Source: an archaeon (GTDB taxonomy: Archaea > Nanobdellota > Nanobdellia > Pacearchaeales > DTIR01). From it: 64,000 bases of DNA. Location: contig JAZDFA010000007.1 of the NCBI GenBank assembly GCA_043808285.1, positions 129,187 through 193,186 of the forward strand, read 5' to 3'. The first letter of the stretch is position 1, and every line of letters begins with the position of its first letter. Positions 15,003-24,755 of the stretch are shown piece after piece. Below the pieces are notes generated by a model. The model searched no databases. It was not told where the DNA came from and saw only the letters and a list, made by a program, of their open reading frames with translations. A program made the position numbers and the translations under genes.

Positions 15003-16711
15003 ATGAAAGTAGCGATAGTTCACAAGGACAAGTGCCTTCCGGAAAAATGTGCAAATCTCTGCGCAAGATTATGCCCGGTTAACCGCAAAGGCGAGAATTG
15101 CATAGAGATAAATGTGAAAGCAAAGATAGAGGAGACAGCATGCATAGGCTGCGGCATATGCCAAAATAGATGCCCTTTTGGCGCAATAAGCATCACTAAT
15201 CTTCCTTCTCAGCTGGACAAGAGCCTTTTTTACCGGTATGGGAAAAATGGATTCTGTCTTTATGGGCTTCCCACCCCAAAAGTGGGAGTTTTAGGATTAT
15301 TGGGCAGAAATGGTGTTGGAAAATCAACAGCATTGAATCTCCTTTCAGGAAAATTAAAAATAAATCTGGGACAGGACGAAGTATCAGATGAAAAAATAAG
15401 GCAGTTCTTGCAGGGTTCAGAGCTTTTGGGGTATTTTGACAATATCAATAATATTTCTTTTTCAGTAAAGCCTCAGAATCTTTCAGAAGTTGCAAAACAC
15501 GACCTTACTGGCCTGGAATTGATAAAAAAGTTTGGAGATGACAAAGAGATAGAGAATTTTTGTAATATGCTAAAGATTAATTTTCTAGACAGGAAGCTTG
15601 CGCAGCTTTCCGGTGGAGAGCTTCAAAAATTATCAATAGCAATTTGTGGCATGAAAAATCAGATGTATATCTTTTTGACGAGCCATCAGCATTCTTGGAT
15701 ATACAGGAAAGGCTTCGTGTTTGCGAGTTCATAGAGCATATTGCAAAGAAAAGCAAGGTAATTGTTGTAGAGCACGATTTGCTCATGCTAGATTACATGA
15801 CAGATTTCATAAACATATTTTATGGGGTTCAGGCATGCTACGGAATTGTCTCGGGGATAAAGCCTTCAAGAAGGGCAATAAATGATTACTTGGCTGGGCA
15901 ATTGCCTGAAGAGAATGTGAGATTTAGGGACAAGGAAATAAGCTTTAAGTTCATTCATTCAAGAGATGCAAGAAAGGAAGTAATAGCTTCATGGGATAAG
16001 TTCACTAAGACGTTTGAAAACTTCAAGATGGAGGCAGATGCTGGAAGCATACCCCTCAAGGGAATAGTGGGGATTGCAGGAAAAAATGGCACGGGAAAAA
16101 CAACTTTTGTGAAGTGCATTGCAGGAATAGAAAAAACTGACTTTGGCACTATTGATTTGAAGATGAAAGTTTCTTACAAGCCCCAGTACATCCAAGGTGA
16201 TGAAAGGCTTGTTGGGGAAGTTGTAAAGGAAGAAAGAATACCAAAAGCAATTGTTTCAGCTTTTTCAATGGAAGGTGTTATGACCAAGAAAACAAAAAAT
16301 CTTTCAGGGGGGGAACTTCAAAAATTGGCTATTGCATTATGCTTGTCAAAAGAAGCAGACCTTTACTTGCTTGATGAGCCCTCGGCTTTTTTGGATGTTG
16401 AAGAAAGGCTGCAGTCAGCAAAAACAATAAGGAGTATAATTGATGAGAAAGAGAAAGCTGCATTTATAGTAGAGCATGACTTGCTTTTCCTTAGCTATGT
16501 TGCAGATTCATTGGTTGTTTTCTCTGGAGAGCCCGCAAAGCATGGATTTGCACGCTCTCCAATTGAATTTACTCATGGGCTTAATGAGTTGATGAAGGAG
16601 CTTAATATAACAATAAGGAAGGACAAGGATTCTGGCAGGCCGAGGATAAACAAGAAGGATTCAGTTCTTGACAGGGAGCAGAAAGAAAAGGGGAAGTATG
16701 TTGAGCTGTGA
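15003..16711 (+). CDS. ABCE1 (RNase L inhibitor / ribosome recycling ATPase), interrupted by a 1-nt frameshift at an A5 run (15654-15658)
   Basis: The N-terminal 2x[4Fe-4S] cysteines are C..KC..LCARLCP and CIGCGICQNRCP. NBD1 has GRNGVGKST and LSGGELQK. After the shift come VYLFDEPSAFLD and NBD2 with GKNGTGKTT, LSGGELQK and LYLLDEPSAFLD. Track ORFs 14994..15734 and 15644..16711 are its two halves. Confidence 0.9.
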
Positions 16712-16738
16712 TTAATAAAAAAACAAAAAACTACTTCC

Positions 16739-16989
16739 TCTGCAAAACATTGATTAATAATTATTAATTTAGTGGGCGGCTTAAAGGTGGGGGGAAGCAA
16801 AGATGGGGCAGGTAAGGGATTCTAACAGGAAATTTTCTTGGATTTTTCTAGGATAAAAGAGAATTAGGGCTCAATGCCTATTTAAAAAATTCAAGTGTGA
16901 AAGAAAAAATCTTCTACAAACCCCTAAAAACCCACCACGTAACCCTGCCCCTATACTGCTAAAGAAGGATACAACAATTAACAACCTCC
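16739..16989 (+). repeat. Dispersed intergenic repeat (IGR family): a short unit plus a long unit
   Basis: TCTGCAAAACATTGATTAATAA, then TTTAGTGGGCGGCTTAAAGGTGGGGGGAAGCAAAGATGGGG...AATTCAAGTGTGAAAGAAAAAA...CACGTAACCCTGCCCCTATACTGCTAAAGAAGGATACAACAATTAACAACCTCC. Confidence 0.75.
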
Positions 16990-16997
16990 CAACAACT

Positions 16998-18272
16998 TTA
17001 TGATGCTAATCTCTTAATCAATTCATCGCTCTTTTTCATTCCGTCCTTTATTCTGTCTTTAAAGAATTCTTTTGTTTCATCAAATTGCTGTTTGTACCCC
17101 CTTGTATCTCCATGAGCGATTATTGAAGCCCATTCCCTTACAGCAGTATGGAATTCCAAATCATCTCCCCTTATTCTTTTGTCAAACAGTGCTGCATTAA
17201 CAGACTCTTCAAGCATCCCCCTATTTCTAAATAAATATTCGGCTATTCCCAATCTCAGCCTGAAAGGAGGAGTCTGGCATATCAGATTCTTGTAAGGGTT
17301 TATCTTTAATTGATGCCACGCATCAACCATTGATAATATGCTTAGATGAGAGTTTGGCTTTTTATCTATCTCTTCTCCTAATCTGAACTCTCCCATTATT
17401 TTATCTTCAAGCAATATTTTGGAGTCCTTATTCCCAAAAACAAACTCTCCTGATTTCTTTACCCTGTCTTTGAATGCAGATTCATTTTCCTGAATCATCA
17501 GTTTGAACAATTCAGATTCTGAATCTGCATATTGTTTTATCTGCTCTCTTGCAAAAGGATTAATGATTGCAAGCCCTGAGTAAATATGGGATTTCCCCCC
17601 GTAAATTCTAAGAGTCATCAATACCTTGACATTATCAATCCCTCCAACATAAGAGGCATTTTCCCAGGGGTAGACAATTGCATTTTTCCATGCAGTTCCC
17701 ATTGCCTCAAATCCCATATGAGTAACTGCCTGTGTATCTGCAGTAACTTTGTCATGCTCTTTGTAATCTTTGATTTCTATAATTTTAGAGCCCAGCTTCT
17801 GGAAAATTTCTATCGCTCTTTTATAAGCTTGCTCAGAACTTCGATGCCTTATAACTGCCAGACTCTGCCCAACAGGGCTGATTGTTGGTCCATGCAATGA
17901 ATGGCATGTTACTATATTAGCATCTCTTGGCAGATATCTCTCAAAAGCTTCTATTTCAGGAGTTTTTACAGATGTCTGGCCTGCAACGATAGCCCCACTT
18001 TTTGTTGATGGGCCAAATTGTTTTGCTACTCTGCCAATATTCTCCGCTTCTACAGAATAGAATATCAAATCACTTCTTCTTGAAACTGCCATACCGTCAT
18101 CAAGAATATGAATCTCCATCCCCTGCAATTCCATTTCTAACTGATTTCTCTTCTCAGGCAAATCACAGCCATTAACTCTGTAACCTTTTCTGGCAAACTC
18201 TTTTGCATATAACTTGCCCATATCTCCCAAACCAATAATTCCTATTTCCATAATTAATCTCTCAGAAAACAT
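16998..18272 (-). CDS. tyrA: Prephenate dehydrogenase (fungal TYR1-like type)
   Basis: 424 aa. It has the IGIIGLGDMGKLYAKEF NAD(P)-binding motif and a long C-terminal domain as in TYR1-type enzymes. The likely start is the internal MEIGIIG (18251). Confidence 0.75.
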   Translation of the reverse strand: MFSERLIMEIGIIGLGDMGKLYAKEFARKGYRVNGCDLPEKRNQLEMELQGMEIHILDDGMAVSRRSDLIFYSVEAENIGRVAKQFGPSTKSGAIVAGQTSVKTPEIEAFERYLPRDANIVTCHSLHGPTISPVGQSLAVIRHRSSEQAYKRAIEIFQKLGSKIIEIKDYKEHDKVTADTQAVTHMGFEAMGTAWKNAIVYPWENASYVGGIDNVKVLMTLRIYGGKSHIYSGLAIINPFAREQIKQYADSESELFKLMIQENESAFKDRVKKSGEFVFGNKDSKILLEDKIMGEFRLGEEIDKKPNSHLSILSMVDAWHQLKINPYKNLICQTPPFRLRLGIAEYLFRNRGMLEESVNAALFDKRIRGDDLEFHTAVREWASIIAHGDTRGYKQQFDETKEFFKDRIKDGMKKSDELIKRLAS

Positions 18273-18386
18273 CTCTGAGGTACTTCCCTCACCTCTTTAT
18301 TTAACAGGTATCGAATATTTAAAAATCTAATGCCGTTTGAAGTTTCTTAGAGCAACCTTTATTAATGTGATTTCTTTTTTAAAAAT

Positions 18387-20093
18387 ATGTTTGAGGAAAA
18401 GATAGGTGAGCTCATAAGTGGCATAAAAGACCTCGGATTAAAAGAAGAGGAAGTAATTTCCAAGCTTGAGATTCCAGCCCAAAAAGAATTTGGAGATTTT
18501 GCATTTCCCTGCTTTTTTCTTGCAGCAAAGCTAAAAAAGAATCCAAATGATATTGCAAAGCACATTGCAGAAAAAGTCATGAGTAAGAGAGCAAAAGAGA
18601 TAACAAAGGTTGAAATTAAGGGGGCATATATTAATTTTTTTCTTGATAGCAAGCTTATTGCCCAAAAAGTTGTAAATGATATCCTAGAGCAAAAAGAGGA
18701 TTATGGCAAAAGCGAGGAAGGAAAGAAAAAGAAGATAGTAATTGATTTTTCCGGACCAAACATAGGAAAGCCAATGCATATTGGGCATATACGCTCAACT
18801 ATATTGGGAGATTCTCTCTTGAGGATATTTGAGCATTGCGGATACGATGCAAAAGGAATAAATTATCTTGGCGATGTTGGATTGCACATAGGCAAGCTTA
18901 TTGTAGCATATGAATTATGGCTTGACAAGAATGCATTGAAATCTGACCCGGTTAAAGAGCTCTTAAGGCTTTACATAATGTTTTGCGAAAAAGAGAAGAC
19001 AGAATATCAGGAAGGCATTGAAGAGGAATTCCAGGACAATGAATGGACGCTTAAAGCGAAAGAAAAATTAAAGCTCCTAGAAGAAGGAGATGAAAAAACA
19101 GAAAAAATATGGAATGATATCTTGAAATCATCAAAAAAAGGATTTAACGAAGTATATTCTATTCTTAATGTAAACTTCCATGAAACAACAGGCCAAAGCT
19201 TGTTTTCAAAGAAAGGAAAAGCGATAATAACTGAGGCATTAAAAAAAGGTTTGGCAAAGATTGAAGATGATAATGCAGTTTATGTTGAACTAGAGCCATT
19301 GCCAAAGAAATATGTGCTGAGGGCAAATGGAACAGCAGGCTACATAACTCAAGACTTGGGCGCAGCAGTTGAGCGATACAGCAAATACAAGTTTGACAGG
19401 ATGATTTATGTAACTGATTTTAGGCAGGAGATGCATTTCAAGCAGCTTTTTGCAATATTATCTAAGTTCGGCTACAATTTTGGAGATAAGCTTACCCATC
19501 TTGGTTTTGGGACAGTAAATTTCGGTGCTGAAATAATGTCTACAAGAAAAGGAAAAGTGATACTGCTAAATGATGTTCTTGCAAAAACAGTAGAGAAGGC
19601 AGATGAAGAAATAAAGAAGAGAGAAACAAAAGGAGATGCTTCAAAGATAGGAGTGGGGGCGGTAAAATACGCATTCCTAAAGAACGAGCCTTCAAAGGAT
19701 GTTAGCTTTTCATGGGAACATTCCCTTAATTTTGAGGGGAATACAGGCCCATACCTGCAGTATTCTTATGCTCGTGCATCAAGCATATTAAGAAAATCAA
19801 CCAAAAAAGCAAAAGCAAAATATATTCATTCTCTCCAAAGTGATGAAGCAGAGTTAATCAAGAAGCTTTCAAGATTCTCTTCTATTTGCTCAAAGGCCCT
19901 TAGCGAGCTAAATCCTTCAGTGATATCTAATTATTCATTTGAGCTTGCGCAGAATTTCAGCGAGTTTTATCATTCTTCCACAGTAATAGGCTCTCCAGAA
20001 GAAGAATTCAGGCTTGCAATAATAGAGTGCTATATGATAGTAATCAAGCAATGCCTTCATCTTTTAGGAATAGAAGTAATGGAGGAAATGTAA
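18387..20093 (+). CDS. argS: Arginyl-tRNA synthetase
   Basis: 568 aa. It has the class I HIGH-type motif PNIGKPMHIGHIRSTILGD, then YVTDFRQEMHFKQLF, and a C-terminal anticodon-binding DALR-like domain ending in ..M. Confidence 0.9.
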   Translation: MFEEKIGELISGIKDLGLKEEEVISKLEIPAQKEFGDFAFPCFFLAAKLKKNPNDIAKHIAEKVMSKRAKEITKVEIKGAYINFFLDSKLIAQKVVNDILEQKEDYGKSEEGKKKKIVIDFSGPNIGKPMHIGHIRSTILGDSLLRIFEHCGYDAKGINYLGDVGLHIGKLIVAYELWLDKNALKSDPVKELLRLYIMFCEKEKTEYQEGIEEEFQDNEWTLKAKEKLKLLEEGDEKTEKIWNDILKSSKKGFNEVYSILNVNFHETTGQSLFSKKGKAIITEALKKGLAKIEDDNAVYVELEPLPKKYVLRANGTAGYITQDLGAAVERYSKYKFDRMIYVTDFRQEMHFKQLFAILSKFGYNFGDKLTHLGFGTVNFGAEIMSTRKGKVILLNDVLAKTVEKADEEIKKRETKGDASKIGVGAVKYAFLKNEPSKDVSFSWEHSLNFEGNTGPYLQYSYARASSILRKSTKKAKAKYIHSLQSDEAELIKKLSRFSSICSKALSELNPSVISNYSFELAQNFSEFYHSSTVIGSPEEEFRLAIIECYMIVIKQCLHLLGIEVMEEM

Positions 20094-20095
20094 AG

Positions 20096-20572
20096 ATGGA
20101 CCCCATAAGGAAATTTAGGATTTATGTTGTAGCAATTTTTCTTGCTTTGTTTTCGCTTACAATCATAGAGATAATAAACCAAAATATATTTGCCGAGTTC
20201 TTTATGAGGATAAGAGAGCATGTTTCATGGATTCTTGGTATCACAATCGGGATGGTAATGCCCAATATCCTTCTTAGAATAAGATATGGGGCATTTAGAA
20301 GAGAGTTTACACCAAAAATAGATGAGAGGTTCTATATGTTCCTGGCAAACACTTCTCTGCTTGTGTTTATAGTCTCTTTTGGGAGGGGAATCATCGTGCT
20401 TTTCTTTACAGAATACTTTGAATATTTTCATTTGATAACAGTTCAATGGCTCATTATTGTTTACCTTTGGTTCAAGTTCGTAAACGGCTTCAAGATTTCA
20501 TGGAGATACATAGTTTCAACAGAGCTGATACTGCTTGCATGCACTTCAATTCTCTTGATATGGCTGAAGTGA
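20096..20572 (+). CDS. Integral membrane protein, unknown function
   Basis: About five hydrophobic helices. The start is moved to ATG 20096 (MDPIRKF), just after the argS stop. The track ORF starts at 20027, inside argS. Confidence 0.45.
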   Translation: MDPIRKFRIYVVAIFLALFSLTIIEIINQNIFAEFFMRIREHVSWILGITIGMVMPNILLRIRYGAFRREFTPKIDERFYMFLANTSLLVFIVSFGRGIIVLFFTEYFEYFHLITVQWLIIVYLWFKFVNGFKISWRYIVSTELILLACTSILLIWLK

Positions 20573-20601
20573 TGTTTTAGTTTTTTTCTAAATAGAATTC
20601 A

Positions 20602-20656
20602 TCTGCAAAACCAAAGAAAGACTATTCTCAAGCCCTGCTCTGTATATGCTAAAAAA
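20602..20656 (+). repeat. Dispersed intergenic repeat (IGR family), forward copy
   Basis: TCTGCAAAACCAAAGAAAGACTATTCTCAAGCCCTGCTCTGTATATGCTAAAAAA. Confidence 0.55.
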
Positions 20657-21204
20657 TTATTTCTCGTATAAAGTCCCTTCTTTTTTTGCCTTGTGATAAT
20701 CATACAAAGTTCTCTCAATATCTCTTGCTTTGACATTCAGCTTTTTTGCATATCCTCTCAAGCTTTCAAGATAATCTCTCCAATTTCTAAAATTAAATCC
20801 AACTCCTGATGGCTTGCCATTCACAACACCATAAAGATGAAGTGTCTGCCAGACTCTTATGTCAATAACCCCATATCTCTTTGGGTCTGTCAATGCAAGT
20901 ATTGCTGAAGCCATTGGTATTGACACCCCCTGAGTTCTGTAAGCAGGTCTATCCTCTCTTGCTCATCCCTTGATGCAAACACTCTCCCAGATATCCTGGC
21001 TACTTTCTTAGGAGAATTGCTGATATACAATTGCTTTGGCCTGGGACTTTTCCACATGCAAATCCTTACGAACTCTTTTTTTGTGACATACCCCCTTTTT
21101 CTTGCATCAGTCAGTTCATTGATTATCCGTGCAGTCTTTGGCTCTTCCTGCTCATGGACATTTTCTCTCAAGAGAGCTTCAATATTATTATATTCCTTTT
21201 TCAT
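20657..21204 (-). pseudogene. Helix-hairpin-helix (DNA-glycosylase-like) protein split by a frameshift in a C5/G5 run (20926-20930)
   Basis: Track ORFs 20890..21204 and 20657..20926 are one gene. Adding one G to the run restores ..[29 protein letters not shown].., an L.GV....AS.IL HhH-type motif. Confidence 0.55.
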
Positions 21205-21279
21205 TCTTATTCCCTTAGAAAAAAGCTAAGGTGCTTATCACCCCTCTAAAAAATCATATATCTGGGATTTATAAATTTT

Positions 21280-22575
21280 TCAATTATCTTCAACAATCTT
21301 CCCATACAAATAATGGGGGGAAGTTTTCACAATCTCAACATCAACAAATTTTCCTAAGATATTTTTTCCATTGACTGCTATTAGGTTATAATCTTTATTT
21401 CTCGCCAGAAAAGTATCCTCAAATCCATGCTTGTCAACAATTGCTTTGCCATTCCAACCCAACATCTTGGCGCTTTCTTCCTTGCAGATTCCAAGATGCA
21501 GTTCTGAAATAACTTTTGCCCTCTTCTTAGACTCTTTTGCATTTATCCGCTTCAATCCAGAAGCTTCTGTATTTTTCATTGGCCAGAATCTGCTAAGGTT
21601 AAGAATTTGAGGTCTTATTTTTTTTATCAATTCAACTGTTTCATCAAAATCATCTTTGCTTTCTGTTGGATATGCAACAATGATGTCTGTTGATACAGTG
21701 ATAGTTGGAAATTCTTTGCGGAATGAATTTACTATTTTTGTGAAATTCTCTTTTGAATATCCTCTTTTCATTTCCTTCAAGACTTTATTGCTGCCAGACT
21801 GGATTGGGATGTGAAGGAACTTAAAAAATTTCTCATCACGGTAGCATTCTATCAATTCATCAAGAAATGGGAGAACATGATTTGGATTCATCATTCCCAG
21901 CCTTACATAGAACTTGCCTTTAAGGGAGAGTATTTCTTTAAGCAGTACTGGAAGCATGTATTTGCCGCTTTCAAGACCATATGCTGCATTATCCTGGGAG
22001 GTGAGCCATATTTCCTTGCACCCATTTGCAAGGTCATTTTTAATGTTCTTTATTATCTCTTCTTTAGGATAGCTGAATAATTCTCCCTTTGCCTGCCTTG
22101 TTATGCAGTAAGTGCATTTTCCAACGCATCCTTCAAGTATCTGTGTTATTCCTATAACGCTGCTTGAAGGAATCTTTGGGAGGCATAATTTAGGCTCATT
22201 AATCTTTCCAGTCATGAAAACTTTTTTGCCCTGGCTTATTTTCTTTACTGCATTTGCAATATTCTTAACATGATGGCTTCCCACAAATGATGAATTGGGA
22301 GCAATTTGAAGTATCTCTTTTGAAAAAACATCTGGCATGCATCCTGAAACTATAAACCTTGCACCAAATTTCTTTCCAATCTCCTTTACTCTTGAAAGCA
22401 TCTTTTCTTTTGTAGGACCTTTTACTATGCAAGTATTTAGTATTGCAAAATCAGCTATCTTGATGTTTTTCACAATAAAAAGCCCAGCCTGCCTAAGTAT
22501 GCCAGAGATTATCTCGGCATTGTTCTGATTGGCAGAACAGCCATACGTTTCGATGTAAACATTTTCTATCTGCAT
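21280..22575 (-). CDS. MiaB/MtaB-family radical SAM methylthiotransferase (archaeal/eukaryotic CDKAL1-like t6A37 type)
   Basis: 431 aa. It has an N-terminal UPF0004 domain (ETYGCSANQ), the radical SAM motif CVGKCTYC, and a C-terminal TRAM-like domain (GKFVDVEIV). Confidence 0.85.
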   Translation of the reverse strand: MQIENVYIETYGCSANQNNAEIISGILRQAGLFIVKNIKIADFAILNTCIVKGPTKEKMLSRVKEIGKKFGARFIVSGCMPDVFSKEILQIAPNSSFVGSHHVKNIANAVKKISQGKKVFMTGKINEPKLCLPKIPSSSVIGITQILEGCVGKCTYCITRQAKGELFSYPKEEIIKNIKNDLANGCKEIWLTSQDNAAYGLESGKYMLPVLLKEILSLKGKFYVRLGMMNPNHVLPFLDELIECYRDEKFFKFLHIPIQSGSNKVLKEMKRGYSKENFTKIVNSFRKEFPTITVSTDIIVAYPTESKDDFDETVELIKKIRPQILNLSRFWPMKNTEASGLKRINAKESKKRAKVISELHLGICKEESAKMLGWNGKAIVDKHGFEDTFLARNKDYNLIAVNGKNILGKFVDVEIVKTSPHYLYGKIVEDN

Positions 22576-22607
22576 GAAAAAAATGAAATAAGGAGATTAT
22601 TAAAATT

Positions 22608-23462
22608 TTACTTCTTGAATTTTGAAAGAGTCTGCCTGCTTATCTGGGATGCAAGAACTTTGTCTTTGTTTATTACAACCTTTATCTGGGCATCTTTCTC
22701 AAATATCTCTTTTATCATTGAATTGCAGTCAATTTCATCAACTCCAATTGCTTTTGCAAATGCATTGTCAAGCTTGTTTTTCAATTCAAGCGGAATGTAT
22801 ATCTGTATAACGAGGTCTCCAAACACCATTATCTCAGATGTTTCAGCGCATCTTACTCCAAGCTTTACATTTCCGCCTAGTTTGTTATAGAATTTTGATG
22901 CCCATCTGTCTATTGCGCAATCTCCCGAGCATAATGTGAAAACCTTATGCCCCATTTTTGCAAGCTGCCTCATCCAATTATACTCTGCCCTCAGGTAAAA
23001 AATGGGGCGCCACTCGTGGGAGTGGTGAAAGCAGATGTTTTCCTTCTGCTTTGAATTCGTTACATAATTCTTTTGAAGGTAATAGAGATATTTCTCAACA
23101 TCAAACCATGTCTTGAAGATAAAAACCCTGATTGCATCAGAATTGCCATCTTCTCGGTCAAATATTGCTGCCTGCTTTTCTGAAAAATAATTCACCCGGA
23201 TTATTTCTGTCTGGTTATGTATCTCCTTCACCCATTCAAGATTAAGAGTATAGCCTTCTTTTGTTTTAAGAAGTATTTTCCCATCAATCATCTGCATTAC
23301 AGCCTTGTAGACTGCTTGGTATGTGACTTTCTTTGCATGCTTCTTTCTTACGGCGTGATATATTTTTTTTATGCTTAGCGGCCAGTCATAGCTAAGAATA
23401 TTGACAATGATGTCTTTTGTAGAGCCTTCCTTGCTCCTATAGACTGAGATATCTGGATACAT
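22608..23462 (-). CDS. Hypothetical protein with an N-terminal winged-helix DNA-binding domain
   Basis: 284 aa. SIKKIYHAVRKKHAKKVTYQAVYKAVMQMIDGKILLK looks like a wHTH. The remainder is unassigned. Confidence 0.35.
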   Translation of the reverse strand: MYPDISVYRSKEGSTKDIIVNILSYDWPLSIKKIYHAVRKKHAKKVTYQAVYKAVMQMIDGKILLKTKEGYTLNLEWVKEIHNQTEIIRVNYFSEKQAAIFDREDGNSDAIRVFIFKTWFDVEKYLYYLQKNYVTNSKQKENICFHHSHEWRPIFYLRAEYNWMRQLAKMGHKVFTLCSGDCAIDRWASKFYNKLGGNVKLGVRCAETSEIMVFGDLVIQIYIPLELKNKLDNAFAKAIGVDEIDCNSMIKEIFEKDAQIKVVINKDKVLASQISRQTLSKFKK

Positions 23463-23538
23463 TCACTTTTTCATCCATTCAATATTTTAAACTTTTTGGT
23501 TAACTTTTTGATAACCTAAAGTATATTATCAAACATCC

Positions 23539-23826
23539 TTGAAGTGTATCATGAAAGAGGCATTTTTAAGATGCAGATATATGGAGGGGGGAATAGCATT
23601 CTTAGGAGAATACATGATAAAATTAAATACAGAAAAAGGAGAAAAGAACTGGTGCATAATAAACAAGGAAGATTTGATAAAACAGGATAATGAAAATGGC
23701 TTGGTAAAGGTCATTTCAGAGCCCTCGAACAAAAAAGGGAATATTCTTGTCGCAATAAACGACGTAGGAGATCATAGAATCTCTACTTTCTCTGTGCCTG
23801 AAACAGAAATAGTGGACATAGATTAA
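23539..23826 (+). CDS. Small protein translationally coupled to the downstream radical SAM gene
   Basis: 95-aa ORF, or 72 aa from the internal MIKLN. Its stop TAA (23824-23826) is 1 nt before ATG 23828. Confidence 0.3.
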   Translation: MKCIMKEAFLRCRYMEGGIAFLGEYMIKLNTEKGEKNWCIINKEDLIKQDNENGLVKVISEPSNKKGNILVAINDVGDHRISTFSVPETEIVDID

Positions 23827-23827
23827 A

Positions 23828-24691
23828 ATGTTTTTTCCACTGGATAAATATGAGGAGATAAAAGCGGGAAGGAGAAACACCCTGCAGATTTTTATAACTA
23901 ATAGGTGTAACCTCAATTGCATTGGATGTTTTGCAAAAAAGGTTATGAAAGAAAAGCAAAAGGACATCACAATAAAAGAGTATAGTTGGGCAGTAAATGA
24001 ATTCTTGAAAAAAGGCGGGGGGCAAATAAACCTCCTTGGCGGGGAGCCTCTGATGCATCCTAGATTAAGAGAGATAATAGAGATAAACAAGAAGAGGAAA
24101 ATAAAAACAACAATATACACAAATGGAATTATGCTTCCAAATTTTGGAGAAAAAGATTTACAAGGAGTAAAATTAAGAGTTTCAATTTATTGCAAGAACA
24201 AGGGAATCAAAAGTGCAGTTAAACTGCCCAAAACAAGCAGCAAAATAGAAGTCTGCTATATGATTTCAAAGAAAACTTCCCTAAAAGAGATGCTTGCCAG
24301 CGCTTATCACATAGAAAAGAATCACAATTGCAATGTTTTCTTCATATCAAGCATAAGGGAGCTAGACAACAAGAACAAAGAATTCTTTGAAGACACAGAC
24401 CTGACAATGAACCTGCTGAGATACAAAAGAATTGTCCACGAATTTCTCAAAGAATACAAGGGAAATATGCAAATTCACATATCAAAAAGAGGAGTATTCG
24501 AAAGCACAAAAAATCTGGCTGAAAACAAATGCAGGTTTGCAAATTATTTCATAGGCAAAAAAATAATACAATGCCCTTATGACACAATCAATCTGAAATT
24601 TCAAAAAAGCTACGAATTCAACAAGAGGCATTGCCAGCATAACAATACCTGCCTCATGAGCAAAATTATACTAAGAAAGATTGATAGGTAA
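23828..24691 (+). CDS. Radical SAM enzyme with a C-terminal Cys-rich region
   Basis: 287 aa. It has the CNLNCIGC (Cx3Cx2C) motif, GGEPLMHP, and C-terminal cysteines (C..(n)..C...C.....C). Confidence 0.75.
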   Translation: MFFPLDKYEEIKAGRRNTLQIFITNRCNLNCIGCFAKKVMKEKQKDITIKEYSWAVNEFLKKGGGQINLLGGEPLMHPRLREIIEINKKRKIKTTIYTNGIMLPNFGEKDLQGVKLRVSIYCKNKGIKSAVKLPKTSSKIEVCYMISKKTSLKEMLASAYHIEKNHNCNVFFISSIRELDNKNKEFFEDTDLTMNLLRYKRIVHEFLKEYKGNMQIHISKRGVFESTKNLAENKCRFANYFIGKKIIQCPYDTINLKFQKSYEFNKRHCQHNNTCLMSKIILRKIDR

Positions 24692-24755
24692 TACGGGTAA
24701 AATACTTCAATTAATAATAACAATCGGATTTAATTTAATCAGAAAAAATATTTAT

